The notes below the pieces were generated by a model, which was given only the letters and a program-made list of their open reading frames with translations, was not told the DNA's origin and did no database searches. From positions 7,398 to 71,397 of the forward strand of contig JAPPGK010000117.1 in NCBI GenBank assembly GCA_028821405.1: DNA of 64,000 bases, given 5' to 3'. The translations under genes and the position numbers were made by a program. Below are positions 18,870 through 28,168 of this stretch, one piece after another (positions within the stretch are counted from its first letter, which is position 1; every line of letters starts with the position of its first letter). The DNA comes from Gammaproteobacteria bacterium (GTDB lineage: Bacteria > Pseudomonadota > Gammaproteobacteria > Pseudomonadales > Azotimanducaceae).

Positions 18870-18911
18870 GGTCGGGGCTAGGGTCGGTGTGGCTAGGACC
18901 GGTGTGGCTAG
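18870..18911. repeat. Three tandem 12-15 bp CTAG-containing repeats abutting the Shine-Dalgarno of the FtsX operon
   Basis: On the plus strand: ggtcggggctag / ggtcggtgtggctag / gaccggtgtggctag. On the coding strand: CTAGCCACACCGGTC CTAGCCACACCGACC CTAGCCCCGACC, followed by AAAGGAGG. Confidence 0.7.
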
Positions 18912-19200
18912 CCGAGCCGATGGATCTATGCGAACAGACTGCGGCGCACGCCGGGGCCGGGCTTGTCCCCGCTCGAGCCGCCCGCTGCGCGCTGTGCGTT
19001 TGTCGGGCGACCCCAAGGTTCGCCCTACGGTTTGTTCCATGGAAAGGCTAACGGCCCAGCCCGGTTACAGCGTACCCCAACCACGGAACCGAGGCTTGCC
19101 CGGATCCGAGGTGCCGATCGTTTGGGAGCGGACCCCGCTCGGCCTCAAAATCGGGCGCCCGCGCCGACATTCCCCCGTCGACGAAAGGTAGACTTCGCCC

Positions 19201-20580
19201 ATGGATCGAGCGGTCCCCCGGGTTCTATTCGCCGACGACGATGCGGATGTAGTCGAGGCCCTGCGGATGTTGCTGGGGAACGCCGGCTTCGAAACCGAGG
19301 GCGTGCGGTCGCCAAGCGCCACGCTTGACGCCGTGGCACGCTTCGACCCGGACTGCGTGCTCATCGACATGAACTACACGCGGGACACGACCTCGGGACG
19401 GGAGGGGCTCGACCTCCTTGCCAGCCTTCGCAGACTCGACCCGGCGTTGCCCGTCGTGGTCATGACCGCATGGGGCAACGTCGAGGGCGCGGTCGAGGCG
19501 ATGCGCGGCGGTGCACGGGACTACGTGCAGAAACCCTGGGACAACGAACGCCTTGTCCGAACGGTTGCTACGCAGGTCGAACTTGGGCGGGCGCAGCGGC
19601 GGGGCCACCGGCTCGCCGGTGCCAACCGGTATCTGAATTCCGCCGCGCTGAAGGACTTCGTGGCGGAGTCGCCCGCCATGCGCTCGGTCGTGGAACTGAT
19701 GGACCGGGTCGGGCCGTCCGATGCCAACGTGCTGATCAGCGGCGAACACGGCACCGGCAAGGAAGTCGTTGCGCACTATCTCCACGAAGCATCGGCCCGG
19801 GCCGGCGAATCCTTCGTCGCCGTGAACGCGGGCGGTTTCGCGGAAGGGGTGTTCGAGTCCGAGATGCTGGGCCACGTCAAGGGCGCCTTCACGGATGCGA
19901 GGTCGGATCGGCCCGGGTGTTTCGAACTGGCGGACCGGGGCACGCTCTTCCTGGACGAGATCGCCAATGTTCCCTATCGCCAACAAGCGGTGCTGCTGCG
20001 CGTCCTCGAGACGCAACTCGTGCAGCGCGTCGGGTCGCCGAAGACGCGAAGGGTGAACGCACGCGTCCTTTCCGCCACCAATGCCGACATCGACGCAGCC
20101 GTGGCACAAGGCACGTTCCGTGAAGACCTCCTCTACCGGCTGAACACGGTCGAGATCCGACTGCCGCCATTGCGCGACCGGCGCGAGGACATTCCGATTC
20201 TCGCAACGCGATTCCTGGCTAGGGAGGCGATCCGCTACGACAAGCCACTCGACGCCTTCACCGACGACGCCCTGGCGACATTGCTCGCCCATCCCTGGCC
20301 GGGCAACGTCCGCCAACTCATGCATGCCGTCGAACGGGCAGTGCTGGTGTCCAACGGAACGAAGATCGCAGGCGACGACTTGGGGCTGCGTCCGGCGGCT
20401 TCCCCACCGCGTTTCCTCGATTCGTTGACGCTCGCCGAAGCCGAGCGGACTCTCGTGGCGAAGGCTCTGGACCGACACGCCGGCAACATCTCCAAAGCCG
20501 CTCGCGATCTCGGCGTCAGCCGCGCGGCTCTCTACCGGAAGCTCGAACGGCATCGGATCCCCCTTCGCGATGGGAAGTAG
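19201..20580 (+). CDS. Sigma54-dependent NtrC-family response regulator (REC + AAA+ + Fis HTH)
   Basis: 459 aa. REC domain (VLFADDDADV...DCVLIDMNY), AAA+ domain with GEHGTGKE and GAFTDA (GAFTGA-like sigma54 contact loop), C-terminal HTH NISKAARDLGVSRAALYRKL. Confidence 0.93.
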   Translation: MDRAVPRVLFADDDADVVEALRMLLGNAGFETEGVRSPSATLDAVARFDPDCVLIDMNYTRDTTSGREGLDLLASLRRLDPALPVVVMTAWGNVEGAVEAMRGGARDYVQKPWDNERLVRTVATQVELGRAQRRGHRLAGANRYLNSAALKDFVAESPAMRSVVELMDRVGPSDANVLISGEHGTGKEVVAHYLHEASARAGESFVAVNAGGFAEGVFESEMLGHVKGAFTDARSDRPGCFELADRGTLFLDEIANVPYRQQAVLLRVLETQLVQRVGSPKTRRVNARVLSATNADIDAAVAQGTFREDLLYRLNTVEIRLPPLRDRREDIPILATRFLAREAIRYDKPLDAFTDDALATLLAHPWPGNVRQLMHAVERAVLVSNGTKIAGDDLGLRPAASPPRFLDSLTLAEAERTLVAKALDRHAGNISKAARDLGVSRAALYRKLERHRIPLRDGK

Positions 20581-21904
20581 CGGCAGACGGCGAACCCACT
20601 CGGCGCTTCCCTGGGTGCTTCTCGCCGGCGCGCCAGGCGTCGGGACCGCCATCGTCCTGTTGTGGATCGCGGACTACGGCACCGCCGTTCGCTGGTCCGT
20701 CACATTGGGCCTCGCCGGCGCGTGGATCGTGCTCGGACTCGTTTTGAAGACGCGCCTGCACCGGCCGCTGCGCATCGTCGCGAACCTCTTGGCAGCAGTG
20801 CGACAAGGCGACTACTCCGTGCGCGCTCGCGGTGCCGGTACGAACAACCCGTTGGCCCTGACGCTCCACGAGGTCAATGCATTGGAGGAGTTGCTGCGCA
20901 GGGAGCGGCTCGATGCCGCAGAGGCGTCCGGCTCGCTGCAGCATGTGCTTGACGCCGTGGGCATGGCGGTGTTCGCATTCGACGATGAGCGACGCCTGCA
21001 TCTTGTGAACCGCGCTGGCGAACACCTTATCGGGCTGGCCGAACGCGACGCGACGGGACAGGCGGCCGCAGACATCGGGCTTCACGAGACCCTCACCGGT
21101 AGGGCCCCTCGAACCATCGAGCGCAGCGACCCGACCGGCGTCCGGCGCTGGCAGGTTCGACGCAGCGCCATTCGTCTGGCCGGGAAGCGCCTGACCCTGG
21201 TCGTCCTAACCGACCTCTCCAGCGCCCTGCGCGAAGAAGAGCGGGAAACTTGGCGACGCCTCGTCCGGGTTCTGAGCCACGAGATCAACAATTCCCTGAC
21301 CCCGATCAAGTCGATCGTGGCGAGCATCCGCGCCCTCCTGCGTCGGGATCCGCTGCCGGCCGATTGGTCGAGCGACGTTGAACGCGGACTCGAGATCGTC
21401 TCGGGGCGCGCCGAGGGTCTGGAGCGGTTCATGTCCGCCTATGCCCGCCTGGCGCGGTTGCCGCCTCCCAACCTCGTTGAGTGCGACTTGGCTGACTGCA
21501 TCCAACGGGTTGCGAAACTCGAGACGCGCATGACCGTGGCCGTTCAGGAAGGGCCTGGCGTATCGGTGCGAGCCGACCCCGATCAACTCGAGCAGGCGCT
21601 GCTGAATCTCGTCCGCAACGCTGCCGACGCGGCATTGCAGACCGGCGGCGGGGTCGCGGTTCGCTGGCAAAAAATCGACGAACACCTCGAGATTCTCGTC
21701 GAGGACGAAGGCCCCGGCATCGCCGAGACGGACAACCTGTTCGTGCCCTTCTATTCCACCAAGGCCGACGGCGCCGGCATCGGCCTGGTGCTTGCCCGGC
21801 ACATCGCCGAGAGCCACGACGGCGCGTTGGACCTGGTCAACCGCTCGGCCGTCCGCGGCGCCCGAGCAAGCCTCAGGCTGCCTGTGGCAACGCATGAGTC
21901 GTAG
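20570..21904 (+). CDS. Sensor histidine kinase (2 TM, HAMP, HisKA, HATPase_c)
   Basis: 444 aa. H-box VLSHEINNSLTPI, N-box LLNLVRNAADA, G-boxes VEDEGPGI and GAGIGL. Overlaps the response-regulator stop by 11 nt. Confidence 0.9.
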   Translation: MGSSGRRRTHSALPWVLLAGAPGVGTAIVLLWIADYGTAVRWSVTLGLAGAWIVLGLVLKTRLHRPLRIVANLLAAVRQGDYSVRARGAGTNNPLALTLHEVNALEELLRRERLDAAEASGSLQHVLDAVGMAVFAFDDERRLHLVNRAGEHLIGLAERDATGQAAADIGLHETLTGRAPRTIERSDPTGVRRWQVRRSAIRLAGKRLTLVVLTDLSSALREEERETWRRLVRVLSHEINNSLTPIKSIVASIRALLRRDPLPADWSSDVERGLEIVSGRAEGLERFMSAYARLARLPPPNLVECDLADCIQRVAKLETRMTVAVQEGPGVSVRADPDQLEQALLNLVRNAADAALQTGGGVAVRWQKIDEHLEILVEDEGPGIAETDNLFVPFYSTKADGAGIGLVLARHIAESHDGALDLVNRSAVRGARASLRLPVATHES

Positions 21905-22526
21905 CCCGAAAGTGCCGGCGGCGGAGCTTGCGAAGGTGAGCCGAAAGGGCCAGGACGCCCCGCGACGGGAACGCATCTGCGTCATGTGCGGTTCCAGCAA
22001 GGGCCGCGACCCGGCGTACGTGCTCGCTGCCCAGACGCTTGGCCGGACGCTCGCGAAGTGCGGGATCGGCGTCGTCTATGGCGGCGCCGGTGTCGGGCTC
22101 ATGGGTGCGCTGGCCGATGCGGCAAGCGCGGCAGGGGGCGAAGTCATCGGTGTCATCACGCCGGATCTGGCCGATCTCGTAGGTCACGAAGGCGTACGAC
22201 TTGAGCGGGTCGATACGATTCACCAGCGCAAGCAACGCTTCGCCGAGCTGTCGGATGGCTACATCGCCCTGCCGGGCGGGTTCGGCACGCTCGAGGAGTT
22301 GTTCGAGGCCCTGACCTGGAACCAACTCGGTCTACACGACAAGCCGGTGGGACTGTTGAACGTCGCGGGTTATTTCGACGCCTTGCTGGCATATCTCCGC
22401 CATGTCCAAGGCGAGGGCTTCGTGCGGCGCGAACACGTCGACGGAATCCTTGTCGACGACGATCCAGGGCGGCTGATCGAAGCCCTTCGGGGATACCGCC
22501 CGGTCCGCCTCGGCAAATGGCGGTAG
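21894..22526 (+). CDS. LOG-family (TIGR00730) nucleotide 5'-monophosphate nucleosidase / cytokinin riboside 5'-monophosphate phosphoribohydrolase-like protein
   Basis: ICVMCGSSKG...GVVYGGAGVGLMG...IALPGGFGTLEELFE (PGGxGTxxE motif). ATG 21894 overlaps the kinase stop. The track ORF 21792.. over-extends 5'. Confidence 0.85.
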   Translation: MSRSPKVPAAELAKVSRKGQDAPRRERICVMCGSSKGRDPAYVLAAQTLGRTLAKCGIGVVYGGAGVGLMGALADAASAAGGEVIGVITPDLADLVGHEGVRLERVDTIHQRKQRFAELSDGYIALPGGFGTLEELFEALTWNQLGLHDKPVGLLNVAGYFDALLAYLRHVQGEGFVRREHVDGILVDDDPGRLIEALRGYRPVRLGKWR

Positions 22527-22543
22527 ATCTTCCGGGGATTGCC

Positions 22544-25477
22544 CTAAAGGCCGTATTGAAGACCGATGCGCACGGTTCGCGGCTGCTGGAACCGAATCGG
22601 CAGGCCGAAGGTGGATGAGGGTCGGCGGCCGCCCCAGCGGTCAGCCCGTTCGTCGACCTCCGTCTCGGCATCGAAGTCGAAGACGTTGAAGACGTCGAGT
22701 CGAACGGTGAGCTTGCCCCCGGAGAATGCGTCGCGCGTGTACTTGAGCCCCAGGTCGAGCCGAAATATGTCGGCGGTCGTTCCCAACGAACCGCGCGGCA
22801 CCGGGGTGCCCTGTCGGAAGAACGACGACGAGCCGTATTGGCGGGCGTGCCGATCGGTCGGATGGAAGCCCAAGGCGTTGCGCGGCCGGCCACTCGAGAA
22901 CTCGAAGGCGGCACTGGCCTGCCAGGCGTGGGCAAACTGCCACACGCCCCAGAGTCTCAGCATGTGGCGACGGTCGTTGGGCAGGTCGCCGTCCGCCCCG
23001 TCCAGGAGGCCAACGAAGTCGAATTGGGAGGTGAAGCCCGTGAGATCCTCCCCGCGGTCGCTGCGAACCGTCCCTTCGTAGTTGCCGTAGCTATGCGACA
23101 GGGTGTAGGTACCCCTTAGGTAGAACACCCCGTCCCATGGTCGCTTGAGGTCCAACGTCAACGCCTTGTAGCGACGCGTCATCGGCGGGAAGCGAAGATC
23201 TTCGGCGGACAGCGTCACTTCCTCCAACGTGCCGTCGCCGTGCAGATCGTAGAACGTGCGGACGTCCCGGCCCGGATTGACGAGGACATAGTTGAACTCG
23301 CCACGAACCCCGAAGGCCTGGTCGGTCGTGATGTCTTCGATGCCCTGGGACAGATTGCGGTAGGTGAACGTGACGTTGGCTATGTAGTCGGAGAAGACTG
23401 GCCACTCGTAGCCAAGGATGTACTCGTCCTGCGCCATCGGCTCGAGGTCCTGGTCGACGACCGTGCGGACATCGGGCGAGGAGCCGTCGGCGAATACCGC
23501 TCGCTCGCCGATGGGGGTGCGAAGTTCGGTGCTGCCGTCCTCGGCGATGGCGCCATCGAGCACGAACCAGTCCTCCGTGAACAGCGTCGAGCCGGCGAAG
23601 TGGACGTTCACGATGGTGGCAACGGGCAGGTGGTACCGACCGTAGTTCGCGAACACCTTGGCGGTGCCTTCGCCCCGGGGATCCCAGGCGAACCCGATGC
23701 GCGGCGCGTATTGATCCGTGATGCGAATGAACGTTTGCCCTTCGGCGTTGCGGTTGTCGAAACGTTCGTTCCGCAAGCCAAGGCGCAGGGTCGCATTGAT
23801 GGCGGGGATCTGCCATTCATCTTCGATGTAGTACGCGGACGCGATCGCATCGAAATGGCCCCCGTTCACGTATTGGCGGTAGCGCACGGCCTGCGTGACG
23901 CCTTGTGGGACTGTTCCACCGTTGCTCAGTACCCTGCCCGGCACAACGTCGAAGTAGCGGTAGTACTCGCCGCCCGAGTACTCGAGGAGGTCGAACGAGG
24001 TCTTCGTTTCGCGGTCGGCGCCGAAACGAAGCAGGTGCTGTTCGCCGATGGCCCATTCGATGTCGACCCGCACCACGTCGCGTTCGTCCTTTGCCCCGGT
24101 CGCGATGAAATTGGTCCAGCAACCGAGTTCGCCAAACCCACCGAGCCTGGAGTCCACAGCGGCCGGGCAGGTGGCGTCCCCCGGCGACTCGGTCGTCAAG
24201 TCGTATTCGCCCTTTCCCCACAGCCCGGATGCGGCGATGCGCGTTCCGAAGTAGCCCCGGTAGGCGACGATGTGATTGACGCCGCCGCGCTCGAACCGGG
24301 TCCGGCCCACTTCCCGACCCACCGCACCCGTCGAGTCGTCCCATCTGAACGAAGTCCGCCGTACCGTCCTGTCGTCCGAAAATCCTGTGTACTCGACGCG
24401 GTGGTTGTCGGTGAGAAGCCAGTCGAGCTTGATCCCCCAGAACCCGTCGTCGTTGACGTCCTTGTGCATCCGACCCGAGGCTTCGAAGTCGCGTTCGTCG
24501 AGCGCCCTGAAATCGTAGATGCCGTAGACGAACAGGCGGTCGCGGACTACGGGGCCGCGTGCGGTTACGAAGAGGTCGAGGTCATCCTTCTCGTCGAAGC
24601 CATCCGCAGAGTCGTAGCGGCGCCGGCTCGAGGGGTGTTCGACGTTCGGCACGCGGCCGCGCAGCGAATCGGGCTCGTAGTAGCCGCCGACGGTGAACTG
24701 CCACTTGTTCGTGCCGCGTTTCGTGACCGAGTTGATGACGCCGCCGGTCGCGCGCCCGAACTCGGCACCGAAGCCGCCCGTCTTGAGCTGGAACTGATCG
24801 TAGAACTCGAACGGAACGGTGCTGGCGCCGAGTCCATTGCGGAAGTTCGTCACGTTCATGCCGTTGATGTAGTAGATGTTCTCGGCAACCGACGCGCCGC
24901 CCAGCGATGCGTAGCCGAAGCCGGTGCCGTAGTGTTCGCGGCTATTGCTCGTGCCGAACGCGGTGTCGCCGTAGACTGCGCCCGGTGCCATGAGGACAAC
25001 GGCGTTGGGATCCCTGGGGATGGGCAGCCGGTCGATGTCGCCGGCCGTCACGACTCTCGTGGTCTCCGAGCGGGTGACATCAACCGGGGAGATCGCGTCG
25101 GCGATGACCACGACTTCCTCCACGGTTCTCGGATTCTCCATCCGCAGATCCACCGCCGTGCCTTCGCCGACGTTGACCTCCGCGATGATCGTACTCGTCT
25201 GCAGGTTCCCGAGAACGGCCGTAACCGCGTAGCGCCCGACGGCCAGTCCTGAAAACCGGTAGCGACCATCCAAACCGCTGACCGCGGAACGGGTGCGCGC
25301 CGTGTCGACATGCCAGGCCGTTACGGTCGCATCCGCGACGGGGCCTGAACTCGAAAAGACATCGCCCAGGATGTAGCCAAGGGTCTTGCCTTGGCCGTGG
25401 GCCGGTAGCACGAATATCAATGCGCTGGCGACAAGCACGCAGAGCAACCCGCTATCGCGCCGATTCCTTTCCGCCAA
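22544..25477 (-). CDS. TonB-dependent receptor with N-terminal carboxypeptidase-regulatory-like domain (Oar-like)
   Basis: 977 aa. Signal peptide, then a CarboxypepD_reg-like segment (VSGLDGRYRFSGLAVGRYAVTAV), a plug (DVTRSETTRVVTAGDIDRLPIPRDPNAVVLMAPG), and a long beta-barrel ending TVRIGLQYGL. Confidence 0.88.
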   Translation of the reverse strand: MAERNRRDSGLLCVLVASALIFVLPAHGQGKTLGYILGDVFSSSGPVADATVTAWHVDTARTRSAVSGLDGRYRFSGLAVGRYAVTAVLGNLQTSTIIAEVNVGEGTAVDLRMENPRTVEEVVVIADAISPVDVTRSETTRVVTAGDIDRLPIPRDPNAVVLMAPGAVYGDTAFGTSNSREHYGTGFGYASLGGASVAENIYYINGMNVTNFRNGLGASTVPFEFYDQFQLKTGGFGAEFGRATGGVINSVTKRGTNKWQFTVGGYYEPDSLRGRVPNVEHPSSRRRYDSADGFDEKDDLDLFVTARGPVVRDRLFVYGIYDFRALDERDFEASGRMHKDVNDDGFWGIKLDWLLTDNHRVEYTGFSDDRTVRRTSFRWDDSTGAVGREVGRTRFERGGVNHIVAYRGYFGTRIAASGLWGKGEYDLTTESPGDATCPAAVDSRLGGFGELGCWTNFIATGAKDERDVVRVDIEWAIGEQHLLRFGADRETKTSFDLLEYSGGEYYRYFDVVPGRVLSNGGTVPQGVTQAVRYRQYVNGGHFDAIASAYYIEDEWQIPAINATLRLGLRNERFDNRNAEGQTFIRITDQYAPRIGFAWDPRGEGTAKVFANYGRYHLPVATIVNVHFAGSTLFTEDWFVLDGAIAEDGSTELRTPIGERAVFADGSSPDVRTVVDQDLEPMAQDEYILGYEWPVFSDYIANVTFTYRNLSQGIEDITTDQAFGVRGEFNYVLVNPGRDVRTFYDLHGDGTLEEVTLSAEDLRFPPMTRRYKALTLDLKRPWDGVFYLRGTYTLSHSYGNYEGTVRSDRGEDLTGFTSQFDFVGLLDGADGDLPNDRRHMLRLWGVWQFAHAWQASAAFEFSSGRPRNALGFHPTDRHARQYGSSSFFRQGTPVPRGSLGTTADIFRLDLGLKYTRDAFSGGKLTVRLDVFNVFDFDAETEVDERADRWGGRRPSSTFGLPIRFQQPRTVRIGLQYGL

Positions 25478-25870
25478 GTCGCAGCTCCCTCGTCGCTAGA
25501 GGCGTGATGCTCGCGTCTCGCGAGTACGCGAGCCGTTCAACAGTAACTCGATGCGTTGTTCCAATTGCGACCTGGGCATGAACGCCAAGGGCGCTCAAGG
25601 AGTCTAGCGTGCGAGGCGCCACGTCTGGCATGTCGCGTTTTGAAATCTGCATGGATGTTCTTCATGCTCAATCGAGGTGGCAACCACGTACAATTGGCTT
25701 TTCATCGCCATGCGCCGGTCGAAGACGAGCACCCGAATCCGCCTCGGCAGCCAGGTCAACAACCACGACCGGTGCGACCGCTGCGCAACGACCGTGAGGA
25801 ATCGCCGATTCGAGTGCTTGCTGGCGGGAGCCTCGGTGACGATACGGAACAACAATCCGCCGTTTCTTCC

Positions 25871-27028
25871 ATGAAAGCCCCGCACGTCGAATACCGAAAT
25901 GTCCAGAAGAGCTACGACGGGCGCGTCTTGGTCGTGGAGGACCTGAACCTCGCCGTTGAAACGGGCGAGTTCCTGACGCTGCTCGGCCCTTCAGGGTCCG
26001 GCAAGACCACTTGTCTCATGATGCTCGCCGGGTTCGAGCAGGCCACCTCGGGAGCGATTCTGGTCAATGGCGAGTCCGTACACGATTTGCCGCCGGACAA
26101 GCGCGGCATCGGGGTCGTGTTCCAGAACTACGCGCTGTTCCCACACATGAGTGTCGGCGGAAACCTGGCGTTTCCGTTGGAGGTGCGACGGTTGCCCGCC
26201 CCTGAACGCGCCGAGCGCGTCGCCCGGGCCCTCGGCCTGGTTCAGCTCGAAGGCTTCGAAGACCGTCGACCGGCCGAGCTTTCCGGCGGTCAACAGCAGC
26301 GGGTGGCGATTGCACGCGCTCTCGTGTTCGAACCCGGTTTGGTGCTGATGGACGAACCGTTGGGGGCACTGGACCGGCGTCTGCGCGAAGAGATGCAGTT
26401 CGAGATTCGCCGCATCCAGCGCGAACTGGGCGTGACGGTGATCTACGTTACCCACGATCAGCAGGAGGCCATGGTGATGTCGGACCGGGTCGCGGTGTTC
26501 CGCGACGGCCGGATCGAGCAGGTGGCCGCTCCCGAGACGCTCTACGAAGAACCGGAACGTGCCTTCGTCGCGCACTTCATCGGTGAGAACAATCTGCTTG
26601 CGGGCACTGTCGTCGGTTCCGACGGCGACATCTGCGTCGTCGATACCCAAGGCGGCACGGTTCACGCCTTCGACGTGGCGGGCAGCGCACCCGGCGATGA
26701 GGTGCTGCTTGCCATTCGCCCGGAACGCGTCGGCGTGCAACCGGACGGGGTGTCTGCCGACAGCGTGTCTGACGACAGCGTGTCTGACGACACGGGGCAC
26801 TACGCGAACGAATTGGCCGCCGCCGTCGTCGATGTCGTGTTCATCGGCGATCACCTGCGCGTGCGTCTGAAGGTCGGCGAACGCGACGACTTCATCGCCA
26901 AGATTCCCAACATCGTCGGCCACGGCAGGGTGCTGCCGGGCGACACCGTGCGTATCGGCTGGGCAACGCTTGACTGCCGAGCGCTTCCCCCCGACCCAAC
27001 TGTTCTTCAAACGGAGGATGACCGATGA
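25871..27028 (+). CDS. ABC transporter ATP-binding protein, PotA/spermidine-putrescine type
   Basis: MKAPHVEYRNVQKSYDG...GPSGSGKTT...[14 protein letters not shown]...LMDEPLGALD plus a C-terminal TOBE-like domain. The track ORF 25556.. over-extends 5'. Confidence 0.9.
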   Translation: MKAPHVEYRNVQKSYDGRVLVVEDLNLAVETGEFLTLLGPSGSGKTTCLMMLAGFEQATSGAILVNGESVHDLPPDKRGIGVVFQNYALFPHMSVGGNLAFPLEVRRLPAPERAERVARALGLVQLEGFEDRRPAELSGGQQQRVAIARALVFEPGLVLMDEPLGALDRRLREEMQFEIRRIQRELGVTVIYVTHDQQEAMVMSDRVAVFRDGRIEQVAAPETLYEEPERAFVAHFIGENNLLAGTVVGSDGDICVVDTQGGTVHAFDVAGSAPGDEVLLAIRPERVGVQPDGVSADSVSDDSVSDDTGHYANELAAAVVDVVFIGDHLRVRLKVGERDDFIAKIPNIVGHGRVLPGDTVRIGWATLDCRALPPDPTVLQTEDDR

Positions 27029-28149
27029 ACCGAATGACCCCAACGCCTCGACCGAGTACGTTCGCGTGCAAGCTACGCGCCCACGTCGCGGCAACCTTTG
27101 CGCTGGTGTTTGCCGCCGCCTCGGCAACGGCCGCCGAGTCCGTGACCGTGGTGTCCTGGGGCGGGTCGTATGAGAGGGCGTGCGTCGAGGGCTACCACAA
27201 GGCCTTCACCGCCGAGACCGGCATCGAGATCAAGCTCGAGGACTACAACGGCGGGCTGGCCGAGGTACGCGCCCAAGTGGATTCCGGCGCGGTGCATTGG
27301 GACGTGGTGGACGTCGAACTGGCCGACGGCGTGCGGGGATGCGACGAGGGTCTGTTCAAGGTCTTCGATCCTGCCACCCTGCCTCCGGGTGCGGACGGCT
27401 CCGCGCCCGAGGACGACTACTACCCGGACGCCATCACCGAGTGCGGCGCCAACACGCTCTACTACTCCACCGTCTACGCCTACAACGCCGAGAAGATTCC
27501 CGGCGAGAAACCGGCCACGATGCAGGACTTCTTCGACCTCGAGCGCTTTCCGGGGCGCCGCGGCATGCGCCGTTCGCCGGTCGTGAACCTCGAGTTCGCG
27601 CTGATGGGCGACGGCGTCCCGGCCGACGAGGTGTACGCGCTTCTGGACACCGAGGAGGGTGTCGAACGGGCATTCGCGAAACTCGACACCATCAAGGACC
27701 ACGTCGTCTGGTGGGAGGCCGGCGCCCAACCGCCGCAAATGCTGGCCGACGGCGAAGTGCTCATGTCCACCGCCTACAACGGGCGCATCTTCAACGCCCA
27801 GGTGCTGGAGGAGCAGCCCTTCGTCATCGTCTGGGACGGCCAGGTCCTCGACACCGGCTTCCTCGCGATCCTCGAAGGCGCGCCGAACGCCGAAGCCGCG
27901 CAACGGTTCGTGGAATTCGCGGCGCGGCCGTCGTCCATGGCCGGGACCGCCCGGTACATCTCCTACAGCCCCACGCGTCGCTCGGCCGAGGCACTGATCT
28001 CCACCCACGCCGAAACCCACGTGCCGATGCGCCCGCACATGCCCAACACGCCCGCGAACGCCCAGCGTGCGTTGCATAACGACTGGGAATGGTGGAGCGA
28101 CAACCGCGACGACATGAACGAGCGCTTCGCGGCGTGGCTGGCTCGATAG
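27025..28149 (+). CDS. Periplasmic solute-binding protein, PotD/PotF-like family
   Basis: 374 aa with signal peptide (AATFALVFAAASATAAES). VVSWGGSYE...WDVVDVE pattern of polyamine-type SBPs. 4-nt overlap with the ATPase gene. Confidence 0.82.
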   Translation: MNRMTPTPRPSTFACKLRAHVAATFALVFAAASATAAESVTVVSWGGSYERACVEGYHKAFTAETGIEIKLEDYNGGLAEVRAQVDSGAVHWDVVDVELADGVRGCDEGLFKVFDPATLPPGADGSAPEDDYYPDAITECGANTLYYSTVYAYNAEKIPGEKPATMQDFFDLERFPGRRGMRRSPVVNLEFALMGDGVPADEVYALLDTEEGVERAFAKLDTIKDHVVWWEAGAQPPQMLADGEVLMSTAYNGRIFNAQVLEEQPFVIVWDGQVLDTGFLAILEGAPNAEAAQRFVEFAARPSSMAGTARYISYSPTRRSAEALISTHAETHVPMRPHMPNTPANAQRALHNDWEWWSDNRDDMNERFAAWLAR

Positions 28150-28168
28150 CGTCGATCTGCGAGGTGTC

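Noticed and set aside
18857-19200. Searched for a sigma54 promoter or NtrC-type palindromes in the divergent region between the FtsX operon and the response-regulator gene.
   Set aside because: No GG-N10-GC element with TGGCAC/TTGC character on either strand. Only the CTAG tandem repeats, which are reported separately.
25478-25870. 390-bp intergenic region between the TonB-dependent receptor and the ABC importer, with a compound palindrome GCTCGCGT-ctcgcgagt-ACGCGAGC (25509..25533). Considered as a riboswitch (cobalamin/TPP) leader of the receptor.
   Set aside because: I could not recognise any conserved riboswitch core (no B12 box, no TPP CUGAGA-type element) by eye. The palindrome alone is insufficient. 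A covariance-model scan (Rfam/Infernal) would be needed.
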